Assembly: GCA_038063415.1 (NCBI GenBank) | Contig: JBBTVD010000006.1 | Coordinates: 73,948 to 137,947, forward strand | Source: Patescibacteria group bacterium | Lineage (GTDB): Bacteria; Patescibacteriota; Microgenomatia; Levybacterales; UBA12049 | Direction of reading: 5' to 3' | Length of the DNA stretch: 64,000 nucleotides | Shown here: in pieces, positions 1 through 8,965 of the stretch | Layout: each line of letters begins with the position of its first letter | Numbering within the stretch: position 1 is the stretch's first letter | The notes under the pieces: model-generated | Databases searched by the model: none | What the model was told of the DNA's origin: nothing | Seen by the model: the letters and a program-made list of their open reading frames with translations, nothing else | Position numbers and translations under genes: made by a program

Positions 1-1461
1 TTACCTATAGTGCAAGAAGCCACAAGTGTTTTGGAAGAATTTGGTCTAGATTATGATATCAGCATTATTTCTGCACATAGAAATCCAGAAGGGCTTACCA
101 CGCATATTAAATCCGCAGAAGCAAACGGGACAAAACTGTTTATTGGCGCTGTAGGAATGGCAGCACATTTACCTGGGGTTATTGCATCTCAAACAATTCT
201 TCCCGTAATTGGGATACCAATCTTGTCAAAAAGCTTGGGGGGAGCTGATGCACTGTATTCAATTGTTCAGATGCCACCGGGTGTTCCGGTAGCAACAGTA
301 GGTATTAACGGAGCAAAAAATGCTGGACTGTTGGCAGTACAAATATTGGCACTATCTGATAAAAAACTTGCAAAAAAATTGACTGAATTCAAACAAAAAA
401 TGCGGGACGGTGTTGAAAAAAAATCAGCAAAATTACAACAACTTGGCGTACAACAGTATCTGGAGGAAATGAAAAAACCAACGATGCCCGAATCAAAAGC
501 TACACTTACGGATACGGTAACAAATGTTTTGGAAACAATCGATATCCCAGATCTTGGCAAAAAGTATCAAGGCAAAGTCCGCGACTTTTATATTATTGGT
601 GATAAACGAATTACCATAACGACCGATCGACAATCCGCTTTTGATGTTGTTCTTGGATATATTCCTTATAAAGGTGCTGTGCTTAATCAGCTTGCGGCAT
701 TTTGGTTCCAAAAGACAAAAAAAATCGTTCCCAACCATGTTATTGCTGTCCCCGATCCAAATGTATTAATTTCTAAAAATTGCCAACCCATTCCTGTGGA
801 AATGGTCGTTCGCGGATATCTTTCTGGTGTGACAAAAACGTCGGTTTGGTACTCGTATGAAAAAGGGGAGCGAACAATTTACGGAATGAAATTTCCTAAC
901 GGCATGAAAAAAAATCAAAAATTGCCTATTCCGATTATCACCCCAACAACGCACCCCGAAGCAGGAAGCAAGCTTCATGATGAACGGTTAACCCGAGACG
1001 AGATTATTAAACAAAACATTGTCCCGGCAAAACTCTACAAACAAATGGAAGAAGTTTCATTGGCACTCTTTGCTTTTGGACAAAAACGAGCAAAAAAACA
1101 GGGACTTATCCTGGTTGATACCAAATATGAATTTGGTCTCTTTGATGGCAAGTTGACATTGATTGATGAGATTCATACTCCTGACTCCTCACGGTTTTGG
1201 CTAGAGGATACCTACAAAGAACGACTAAAAAATGAACTTGAACCACAAAGTTTTGATAAGGAATTTTTGCGCCTTTGGTATGTACAACAAGGATATAAAG
1301 GAGATGGTACGCCTCCACCAATGCCAAAAGAAATTGCGATAAAAATGTCTCAACTTTATATTGATGCGTATGAAAAAATCACTGGAGAAAAATTTAAAAT
1401 CTTCCCCTATCCGATCGGAGAAAGAATTAGAAAAAACCTTAAACAGTCAGAAATCTTGTAA
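1..1461 (+). CDS. purE/purC: PurE-PurC fusion (N5-CAIR mutase/AIR carboxylase domain fused to SAICAR synthetase), 5' end outside the window
   Basis: The reading frame is open from nt 1, and ORF-track position 10 is a GTG. The N-terminal part has PurE motifs (SAHRNPE, GAVGMAAHLPGVIASQTILPVIGIP, SIVQMPPGVPVATVGING). After a K/E-rich linker, a complete PurC-like domain follows (FYIIGDKRITITTDRQSAFD, GLILVDTKYEFG, IDEIHTPDSSRFW). Confidence 0.75.
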   Translation, partial: LPIVQEATSVLEEFGLDYDISIISAHRNPEGLTTHIKSAEANGTKLFIGAVGMAAHLPGVIASQTILPVIGIPILSKSLGGADALYSIVQMPPGVPVATVGINGAKNAGLLAVQILALSDKKLAKKLTEFKQKMRDGVEKKSAKLQQLGVQQYLEEMKKPTMPESKATLTDTVTNVLETIDIPDLGKKYQGKVRDFYIIGDKRITITTDRQSAFDVVLGYIPYKGAVLNQLAAFWFQKTKKIVPNHVIAVPDPNVLISKNCQPIPVEMVVRGYLSGVTKTSVWYSYEKGERTIYGMKFPNGMKKNQKLPIPIITPTTHPEAGSKLHDERLTRDEIIKQNIVPAKLYKQMEEVSLALFAFGQKRAKKQGLILVDTKYEFGLFDGKLTLIDEIHTPDSSRFWLEDTYKERLKNELEPQSFDKEFLRLWYVQQGYKGDGTPPPMPKEIAIKMSQLYIDAYEKITGEKFKIFPYPIGERIRKNLKQSEIL

Positions 1462-1490
1462 TTATCCACTGCTTCGATTATGATTACCTC

Positions 1491-2342
1491 ATGTTTTTTC
1501 TTCCTGCTTGGCTAATATTTTCTTTACTGACTGGCATTCTTTCTAACACTTTCAACTTCATGAGTCGATTCATCCTCCGCAAAGGAGATGACTCGACAGT
1601 TTTTTCCTGGTATTTTGAATGTTTCCGTTTTATCATTTTTGCTTCCCTTGCATTCTTTGACTGGCGTCTTGTCATAACACCACAATCTCTTTTATTACTT
1701 TTACTGTTAGGGATGAGTCAATTTCTTTCAAGTTATTATTATATGAAAATGCATGCAAATACTCACCTGTCAATTTCTGCAATTCTTTCCCGGGCGAGAA
1801 TGATTTGGGTCCCAATTCTGGCTTTTATTTTTATCAATGAAAGACTCTTTCTCCTTGACTATCTCGGCATTTTGATCGTTTTCTTGGGTATTAGTATAAC
1901 AACTGCACCCAAAAAATTAGTTTTTGATAAAGGAGCTCGCTATGCAAATCTATTTGCAATTTTTACTGCGGCAAATGTTATCTTTATCAAACTATTGTTA
2001 CCAATCGCCTCAGATTTTGTCATCATAGCAGCAATGTCACTTCCCGGAACTTTCTTATATCCGTTTCTTATGCGTAATGCAAAACAAAGGATATTTACTT
2101 CATTTCGAACTAAATTTCCACTAAAAGTACTCGCGATAGCGATAAGTATCGTTGCGATGTTTTTTCTTACGACTGCTCTACGACTTGGGGATGCAAGTAA
2201 AGTGAATGCGATATATCAGGGCATGATGATTCTTTCGGTCCTAGCAGGGATTATTTTCTTACATGAGAGAAAAGATATTGCAAGAAAACTCATTGGCACA
2301 ACGATAACGGTTATAGGTGTGGTCTTAATTAGTTTTTCATGA
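1491..2342 (+). CDS. EamA/DMT-like multi-pass membrane transporter
   Basis: 283 aa with an ATG start and about 10 hydrophobic helices arranged as a two-fold repeat typical of drug/metabolite transporters. No diagnostic motif was found. Confidence 0.45.
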   Translation: MFFLPAWLIFSLLTGILSNTFNFMSRFILRKGDDSTVFSWYFECFRFIIFASLAFFDWRLVITPQSLLLLLLLGMSQFLSSYYYMKMHANTHLSISAILSRARMIWVPILAFIFINERLFLLDYLGILIVFLGISITTAPKKLVFDKGARYANLFAIFTAANVIFIKLLLPIASDFVIIAAMSLPGTFLYPFLMRNAKQRIFTSFRTKFPLKVLAIAISIVAMFFLTTALRLGDASKVNAIYQGMMILSVLAGIIFLHERKDIARKLIGTTITVIGVVLISFS

Positions 2343-2377
2343 TATTGGTTGGAAATCTTGGGGAAAGTATAGACATA

Positions 2378-2406
2378 TTGACCGCATAAAAACTATAGTT
2401 TACAAT
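2378..2406 (+). promoter_or_regulatory. Sigma70-like promoter of mazEF: TTGACC-N17-TACAAT, with a perfect 10-bp palindrome AACTATAGTT in the spacer
   Basis: ttgacc lies at 2378-2383, a 17-nt spacer follows, and tacaat lies at 2401-2406, 10 nt before the mazE ATG at 2416. The palindrome inside the spacer is a plausible autoregulatory operator. Confidence 0.45.
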
Positions 2407-2415
2407 AGACTCACT

Positions 2416-2649
2416 ATGATGACCAATATCATCGCAACTGATAATTCAAAAAATATACTTGTTCCCAAGATACTTTTAGAGAAGAGCGGCTTAAGCACTG
2501 ACGCAATCGTTCAGACAAAAAAAGGCGAAATTCGTATCATTTCTGCACGTAAACAAACTGTTACTGAAAATACACTCATATCCGAAAAAGCATTAGCAGC
2601 CGACTGGAACAGACCTGAAGAGGAGCAAGCATGGATACATTTGAAATAG
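2416..2649 (+). CDS. mazE: MazE/AbrB (SpoVT-AbrB)-type antitoxin
   Basis: 77 aa, small and acidic at the C-terminus. It lies directly upstream of a PemK/MazF toxin gene and overlaps it, the usual TA arrangement. Confidence 0.55.
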   Translation: MMTNIIATDNSKNILVPKILLEKSGLSTDAIVQTKKGEIRIISARKQTVTENTLISEKALAADWNRPEEEQAWIHLK

Positions 2650-2963
2650 GAGATATTGTTTTAGTCTTATTTCCTTTTTCAGATTTAAAAGGACAAAAAT
2701 TGCGTCCTGCACTCGTTTTGGCAAAAGCCGAATTTAATAACCTCATCCTCTGCCAAATAACTTCAAAATCTTATGCAAGTAAAACAGCAATTTCTCTTAC
2801 GCAAGTAGACTTTGTAGCAGGAGGACTCCCGATTAATAGCTTTATTCGTCCAGATAAAATTTTCACGGCAGAAGCATCGATTATCCAAAATCAAGCAGGT
2901 AAAATAAACTCGAAAAAGAAACACCTTGTTTTAGAGAGAATGCAAAAAATGTTCACTGTCTGA
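2631..2963 (+). CDS. mazF: MazF/PemK family endoribonuclease toxin
   Basis: 110 aa with the motif GDIVLVLFPFSDLKGQKLRPALVL characteristic of PemK/MazF. Its ATG overlaps the stop of the upstream antitoxin gene. Confidence 0.7.
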   Translation: MDTFEIGDIVLVLFPFSDLKGQKLRPALVLAKAEFNNLILCQITSKSYASKTAISLTQVDFVAGGLPINSFIRPDKIFTAEASIIQNQAGKINSKKKHLVLERMQKMFTV

Positions 2964-2964
2964 T

Positions 2965-4962
2965 ATGAAACAACAACAGGATAAACTCGAAATCTGTAAA
3001 CAAACAAGAATGTTTGCAGCTGATTCTCTTTATAAAGTTCTCAAAAAACTGCTGGCATCTCATAAACCAATTTCTGAAGTAAGACTCCGTGACGAGTGGC
3101 TTACCGAGATGCGTAAAAATAAAAATATCTTCCCAGACGGCTGGTATACACCTCCGCCCTTTGGTATCTCTGTATTATTTGGGGATGATAAACATTTGGA
3201 AAGAATAAATTATAAAAGCTTACGAGAAAAGGACAAATGGCCACGAAATAACGTTTTTCTTAATACGAACAGTGGGATTGCATTTTTTTATATATCCCCT
3301 GTTGATAAAGAATCTGGAATTATTGGTGATTTTGCTATTACGCTCTATTTCGGCAAAGATAAAACTATTCAAAATCACTTTTTAAAGTCATTCACTATTA
3401 ATAAAGAAGTATTTATAAACATGACGATTGGAATGTCCTTAAATGATATAAACCAACTAACATATAAACTTTTACAAAAGAATGGTGTCTCCAGTGATCT
3501 ACTTAGCCCAACTGACCCAACAGGGACTAATTATGGGCATACTATTCCCGCTTCTTATGAAAATTGGAATTCTGAAGAAATAAAAGCTCTCCAAAATGGT
3601 AGTAAGGATTGGGAAACAGCTCTTACAATGATTAGTAAAAAAAGAAAATTTGTAAATGCACAAGAGCCTCTAAAAATTAAACCAGGTATGGCAGTTACCA
3701 TAGAATCAAGACCAGAAGTACTCGATAATCCAAAAATCCCGATGACTTTATTTCATATGATTGCCATTTTTAAAGAAGATGGATCAAAAGAATTGTTAAC
3801 TGGTTTTGACAATCTCTTTACATTATCGGGAATGGATTATATGATAGAGCCAGTGAAAAAACAAAAAATTAGCTATAAAGAATCAGGTGTTGATTATGAA
3901 TCGCTCGACCCTGCAAAGACCCTCGCCCAAAAAGCTGGACAGCAAACAGCAAAACATTTAACCAACTATGGATTTAACGAATTGAGTGATACTCGTGGAG
4001 AATCTGCATTTATTTGGAAACAAAAAAATATTTACATGGCATCTGTCACAGAAAGTCTCGGAACCAAAAATTTAGTCGCCGATGCCATGCGGGAAATTAC
4101 TGGAAAAACGTACTATGATGCAATTGGGTATGATACTGTCGCCTCAGCACTTAATGATCTTACCTCGGTTGGCGCAAAACCCTTAACAGTTTTTGCTTTT
4201 TGGGCAGTTGGGAAAAGCAGTTGGCTTGATGATCTAGACAGAACAACGGACCTCGTCAATGGTTGGAAACAAGCCTGTGATGACGCAGAAGCTACCTGGG
4301 GGGGAGGAGAAACGCCTTCTTATAACGATATTGTTCGACCTGAAGTTGTTGCTCTTGGTGGATCAGTGGTGGGCATTATTAAAACAAAAAAACGATTACT
4401 GCTCGATAAAAAAATAAAGGTCGGTGACAGAATACTTTTCTTGAAAAGTTCTGGTATTAATGCTAATGGCATTTCTCTTTCACGAGCTGTTGCAAAGAAA
4501 TTACCAAACGGATATGCAACTAAGTTAAAGACTGGAGAGATGTATGGAGAAGCAATTCTGGCAAAAACGCATATCTATGCAAAGCTAATTCAAGATCTCC
4601 TTGATGCAAACATCGATCTCCATTATATTTCTAATATCACCGGACATGGACTGAGAAAAGTTATGCGTGGACGAGGAAATTTCACTTATGTCGTCGAAAA
4701 AGTATTTGAACCTCAAGAGCTATTTACGTTGATCCAGCACCATGCTGGAATGTCAGATTATGAAATCTATGGCACATATAACATGGGACAAGACTATGCA
4801 CTCTTTTTGCCAGAAAAAGATATCAAAAAAGCACAACAAATTGTCAAAAAAAACAACTTTGAAAGTCTCAATGCAGGCTATGTTACAAAAGGAGAAAGAC
4901 AAGTGATTATCGAACCCAAGAATATTACCTTTACTGGAGACCGACTACAAGTACGAACATAA
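2965..4962 (+). CDS. Two-domain protein: N-terminal M24 (pita-bread/creatinase-prolidase)-like domain fused to a complete C-terminal PurM-like (AIR synthase-related) domain
   Basis: The N-terminal ~300 aa carry M24-like motifs (GIIGDFAITLYFGKD, NYGHTIPASY, LKIKPGMAVTIESRP resembling PGMVFTIEPG). The C-terminal ~360 aa resemble PurM (ASVTESLGTKNLVA, IGYDTVASALNDLTSVGAKPL, VGDRILFLKSSGINANGISL, NITGHGL). Confidence 0.6.
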   Translation: MKQQQDKLEICKQTRMFAADSLYKVLKKLLASHKPISEVRLRDEWLTEMRKNKNIFPDGWYTPPPFGISVLFGDDKHLERINYKSLREKDKWPRNNVFLNTNSGIAFFYISPVDKESGIIGDFAITLYFGKDKTIQNHFLKSFTINKEVFINMTIGMSLNDINQLTYKLLQKNGVSSDLLSPTDPTGTNYGHTIPASYENWNSEEIKALQNGSKDWETALTMISKKRKFVNAQEPLKIKPGMAVTIESRPEVLDNPKIPMTLFHMIAIFKEDGSKELLTGFDNLFTLSGMDYMIEPVKKQKISYKESGVDYESLDPAKTLAQKAGQQTAKHLTNYGFNELSDTRGESAFIWKQKNIYMASVTESLGTKNLVADAMREITGKTYYDAIGYDTVASALNDLTSVGAKPLTVFAFWAVGKSSWLDDLDRTTDLVNGWKQACDDAEATWGGGETPSYNDIVRPEVVALGGSVVGIIKTKKRLLLDKKIKVGDRILFLKSSGINANGISLSRAVAKKLPNGYATKLKTGEMYGEAILAKTHIYAKLIQDLLDANIDLHYISNITGHGLRKVMRGRGNFTYVVEKVFEPQELFTLIQHHAGMSDYEIYGTYNMGQDYALFLPEKDIKKAQQIVKKNNFESLNAGYVTKGERQVIIEPKNITFTGDRLQVRT

Positions 4963-5066
4963 ACTCTCTTGTCGTTTTCCCTTGACAAGCAAAACAACCG
5001 TCTGCTAGTGTAAGATAAGGCGGTGGTTTACTGCTCATATTTCTGTTATATTCAAAAAATTAAATA

Positions 5067-6893
5067 ATGATTAACATACTAGGCATTGGGCAGAAAGATG
5101 ATCAAATCTTACTTTATTATGCTTATACCAAAAGCGGTAAGACGTTCTGTAAAGTTGTAAGCAGTACCGACGGATACCAATTTAATGGACAAACAAAATA
5201 CGTTATCGCCACTGATGAAAAGAATCGTGAAGAGAAAAATTATGATTGGTATAAGGCAAGAATTGCAAAGCAAAAGGACACTTACTTCTTAACCTATAAA
5301 ACACTTTCTAAAACAGCACCCAATCTCCACGGAGCTGTTTCATCAGACTTCTTACGTTGGACAAAAAGTGGACGAATTGAATCTCTTAAAGAAGTGGGGA
5401 CTGTTATCCCTGATTTTAAGGATAAAAATAGGTATGTGATGTACTTTGGGGAACAGACCATCAAATTGGCCTATTCTGGAGATTTGAAAAATTGGAAAGT
5501 TGATGAGACTCCCCTGCTTGAGCCTCGAGTTGGAACTTTTGAAGAAGATAGCAATCTTGAAGTAGCTGGGGTATTCCAAGCATATGACAATATTCTCTTG
5601 CCTTATTACAGCAAAAGGCAAGAAAAAGGAAAGTATTGCTATGAGGTTGGCGCCTGTCTCTTCAATAGAAAAAATCCCAAAGAAATTATTTGGCGATCAG
5701 AAAAACCGCTATGGTCAACGCCACGTGATCTCCATCATGAAAGCTTAAAGCCCCTCGGTATTGCCATGTTTAAAGAACAACTTATTCTTTATTGGACACT
5801 TCACGAAACAACAGTGTTTGCTGTATCCTGTCCAATACCAGGGAAACATGCTCAGGCAACCGACAAGCAGTTTAATGTCGTTCTCAATCGCTACGCAAAC
5901 AATCCAATCATTACTCCTAATCCAAAGAATAAATGGGAATCACGAGCTACTTTTAATAGCGCAGCATTGTATGAAGATGGTAAGGTACATTTCTTGTATC
6001 GAGCGCTAGGAGCCAGTGATATTTCAGTACTCGGCTATGCAAGTAGTTGTGATGGAGTAACGATTGATGAACGCAGCGATTTACCAGCGTATGTCCCACG
6101 AGAGGATTTTGAATTGCCTCAAAATCTTGGTGATCACCAAGCAATTATTGACCCATATATTTCAGGTGGAGGATATGGTGGAATTGAAGATCCTCGCATT
6201 ACACGCATTGAGGATACTATTTATCTTACGTATGTTGCACATAATGGCGCGAGTCCTCCACGAGCCACGATAAGTTCTATCAAGGTTGAGGATTTTCTTA
6301 AGCAACGTTGGGATAAATGGTCAAAGGCAAAACTTATCTCGGCTCCAGGTATTGTCAATAAAAGTGCAGTCATTTTCCCGGAGAAAGTACAGGGGAAATA
6401 TGTTATCTTTCACCGAGTATATCCCAATATTCTTGTGGATTATGTTGACGATCTGAATTTTAATAACTATCTACAGGGGCAATATTTTATCCCACCTCGT
6501 AAAACGCATTGGGATAGTAAAAAACTTAGCGCAGGTGCACCACCAATTCGAACCAAAGATGGCTGGCTCATGATTTATCACTCGGTAGGGTATCAAGACC
6601 CAAGTAGATACAAAATTGGAGCTATGCTACTTGATCTGGAGAATCCAACAAAAGTGCTGTACCGAAGTAATAAACCAATTATTTCACCTGATGCGCCCTA
6701 TGAAAATGAAGGCAAAGCAGGCGTGGTATATCCTTGTGGTGCAGCTGTAGTTGGTGATACTTTGCATGTTTATTATGGTGGTGGTGATACGGTACTCTGC
6801 GCCGCTAGTCAAAATCTCAATACCTTTCTTGAACAAATGAAATATAACCAGGAACCAAAATTGCAAAAAATTCAGAGCCCTATGCTTAACTAA
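5067..6893 (+). CDS. GH130-like (DUF377, beta-mannoside phosphorylase family) protein with two tandem beta-propeller domains; N-terminal domain degenerate
   Basis: The C-terminal domain has NNPIITPNP, GGIEDPRI, KDGWLMIYHSVGY, YKIGAMLLDLENP and VVYPCGAAVVGDTLHVYYGGGD. The N-terminal 265 aa are a divergent copy lacking the EDPR motif. Confidence 0.6.
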   Translation: MINILGIGQKDDQILLYYAYTKSGKTFCKVVSSTDGYQFNGQTKYVIATDEKNREEKNYDWYKARIAKQKDTYFLTYKTLSKTAPNLHGAVSSDFLRWTKSGRIESLKEVGTVIPDFKDKNRYVMYFGEQTIKLAYSGDLKNWKVDETPLLEPRVGTFEEDSNLEVAGVFQAYDNILLPYYSKRQEKGKYCYEVGACLFNRKNPKEIIWRSEKPLWSTPRDLHHESLKPLGIAMFKEQLILYWTLHETTVFAVSCPIPGKHAQATDKQFNVVLNRYANNPIITPNPKNKWESRATFNSAALYEDGKVHFLYRALGASDISVLGYASSCDGVTIDERSDLPAYVPREDFELPQNLGDHQAIIDPYISGGGYGGIEDPRITRIEDTIYLTYVAHNGASPPRATISSIKVEDFLKQRWDKWSKAKLISAPGIVNKSAVIFPEKVQGKYVIFHRVYPNILVDYVDDLNFNNYLQGQYFIPPRKTHWDSKKLSAGAPPIRTKDGWLMIYHSVGYQDPSRYKIGAMLLDLENPTKVLYRSNKPIISPDAPYENEGKAGVVYPCGAAVVGDTLHVYYGGGDTVLCAASQNLNTFLEQMKYNQEPKLQKIQSPMLN

Positions 6894-6899
6894 TTGCTC

Positions 6900-8840
6900 A
6901 TGATACAACTGCAACGATTACCCAATAATCCTATCATCACCCCTAACCCTCAGTCAGTGTGGGAAGCTGTGGGCGCATTCAATGGTTCTGTTGCAAAAGG
7001 ACCAGATGGTTATCATATTGTCTATCGGGCACTTTCTTCCGAACAGGAAATTGAGGGAGTGAGTATGCGTCTTTCCACTATTGGGTATGCAACAAGTACC
7101 GACGGCATTACTTTTGGAGAGCATATACAGCTAATCAAGCCTACAGAAGAATGGGAAAAGTACGGATGCGAAGATCCACGTATTACGTTCTTTAATGGGA
7201 AATATTATATTTTTTATACTGCTCTTTCTACCTATCCTTTTTCTGGTCAAGGCATAAAGACTGCTGTCGCGATTACCAAAGATTTCAAAAATATAGAAAA
7301 ACATCCCGTTAGTACCTTTAATGCCAAAGCTATGGCACTTTTTCCTGAACGAATTAATGGGAAAATGGCTGCACTTATAACGATAAATACAGACTATCCA
7401 CCAGCAAAGATTGCGCTTGCTACGTTTGATCACGAAGAAGAAATTTGGTCACCTTATTTCTGGCAAGAATGGTACGACAACGCAAATGATCACATCATTC
7501 AACATCTCCTTCTTGATATGCGAGATCAGGTTGAATTAGGTTCACAACCAATAAAAACAACAGATGGGTGGCTTATTATTTATTCGTATATCCAAAACTA
7601 CTTAGGCAATGAAAAAATCTTTGGAATTGAAGCTGCTATGCTTGATCTGGAAGATCCACGGAAGCTTTTGGGGAGGATTCGCTCACCGCTACTTATACCA
7701 GAAGAGAAGTACGAGCTGGAGGGAGATATTCCCGATATTATTTTCCCTTCTGGAGCAATTGTTAAAGATGAAACGTTATTGGTGTATTATGGAGCAGCAG
7801 ATACGAGAACAGCCGTTGCAAGCTGTCCGCTACAGTCGCTGGTAGATGAACTTCTCCCACATCCACATACTGATGGAAATCCAGTCCCTGAGGACTTTAG
7901 CAAACTTAAACGATTCTCCGGGAACCCAATTCTGACTCCAGCACTTGAACTTGACTGGCAAGCACGATGCGTGTTCAATCCTGCTGCTATTTATGAAGGT
8001 GGTAAGATTCATATTCTTTACCGTGCACAATCGATGAATGGAACGTCGGTTGTAGGATATGCAAGCACAACTGATGGCTTTCATATCGAAGAGAACCTGG
8101 ATGATCCTATCTATATGCCTCGGGCAGACTTTGAAAAAAAGATAGAGCCAGTAGGGAATTCTGGCTGCGAAGATCCTCGCATTGCAAAAGTCGGGGACAG
8201 AATTATTATGTGTTATACCGCCTACGACGGAGAAAGACCACCTCGAGTTGCTATGACTTCTATTTCTCTTACTGACTTTCTCAAGAAACAATGGGATACA
8301 TGGGAAATGCCCAAACTGATTTCACTTGCCGATGTTGATGATAAAGATGCTTGTATCGTTGAAGGAAAAAAGCCTGGAGCTTATCTCATTTTCCATAGAA
8401 TGCATGGCTCTATTTGGTTACAAGTAGCCGACCATCTTAATTTCGGCGATGGAGAATATATCACCGGTGATATCCTGGCACAAGCGAGGTCTGATAATTG
8501 GGACAATGTCAAACTAGGAATCGCAGGACCTCCACTCCCGACAGAAAAAGGATGGTTGCTTTTGTATCATGCAGTGTGTGATCCTGGGAGTGTCTATAAA
8601 GTTGGTGCAATGCTGCTTGATTACGATGATCCTTTTAAGATTCTTGCTCGAACAGATGCACCTATTTTTGAACCGGAGACAATGTATGAAAAAGTAGGAG
8701 AGATCCCAAACGTTGTTTTCCCTTGTGGAGCCATTATCAAAGATGATACGATTTTTGTCTATTATGGCGGGGCAGATAAGGTTGTTGGAGTCGCAACGAT
8801 GCCGATCAAACAATTATTGCAGTTGTTGACGAAAGAATAA
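6900..8840 (+). CDS. GH130-like (DUF377) protein with two tandem complete beta-propeller domains
   Basis: Two repeats each carry NPI(I/L)TPxP, CEDPRI, (D/K)GWL(I/L)xY, (E/K)xGAMLLD and FP(S/C)GAI...YYG(A/G)AD. The ATG at 6900 is preferred over the TTG at 6894 used by the ORF track. It is paralogous to the upstream gene. Confidence 0.65.
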   Translation: MIQLQRLPNNPIITPNPQSVWEAVGAFNGSVAKGPDGYHIVYRALSSEQEIEGVSMRLSTIGYATSTDGITFGEHIQLIKPTEEWEKYGCEDPRITFFNGKYYIFYTALSTYPFSGQGIKTAVAITKDFKNIEKHPVSTFNAKAMALFPERINGKMAALITINTDYPPAKIALATFDHEEEIWSPYFWQEWYDNANDHIIQHLLLDMRDQVELGSQPIKTTDGWLIIYSYIQNYLGNEKIFGIEAAMLDLEDPRKLLGRIRSPLLIPEEKYELEGDIPDIIFPSGAIVKDETLLVYYGAADTRTAVASCPLQSLVDELLPHPHTDGNPVPEDFSKLKRFSGNPILTPALELDWQARCVFNPAAIYEGGKIHILYRAQSMNGTSVVGYASTTDGFHIEENLDDPIYMPRADFEKKIEPVGNSGCEDPRIAKVGDRIIMCYTAYDGERPPRVAMTSISLTDFLKKQWDTWEMPKLISLADVDDKDACIVEGKKPGAYLIFHRMHGSIWLQVADHLNFGDGEYITGDILAQARSDNWDNVKLGIAGPPLPTEKGWLLLYHAVCDPGSVYKVGAMLLDYDDPFKILARTDAPIFEPETMYEKVGEIPNVVFPCGAIIKDDTIFVYYGGADKVVGVATMPIKQLLQLLTKE

Positions 8841-8965
8841 AGAATGATGCTTGAGTTTGGGGTTGTGTTCGTAACACTCCGGAGAGCATAGAGTCTTTCA
8901 CATTGTGAATCTGAAAGAATGAAATCATTAGCAGTAAGATAGTGGCAATATCTTTAACAAACTTC

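Noticed and set aside
4963-5066. Hairpin cttgtcgttttcccttgacaag after the PurM-like gene as a rho-independent terminator
   Set aside because: It is a 6-bp stem with a 10-nt loop and no following T-tract, so the evidence is too weak.
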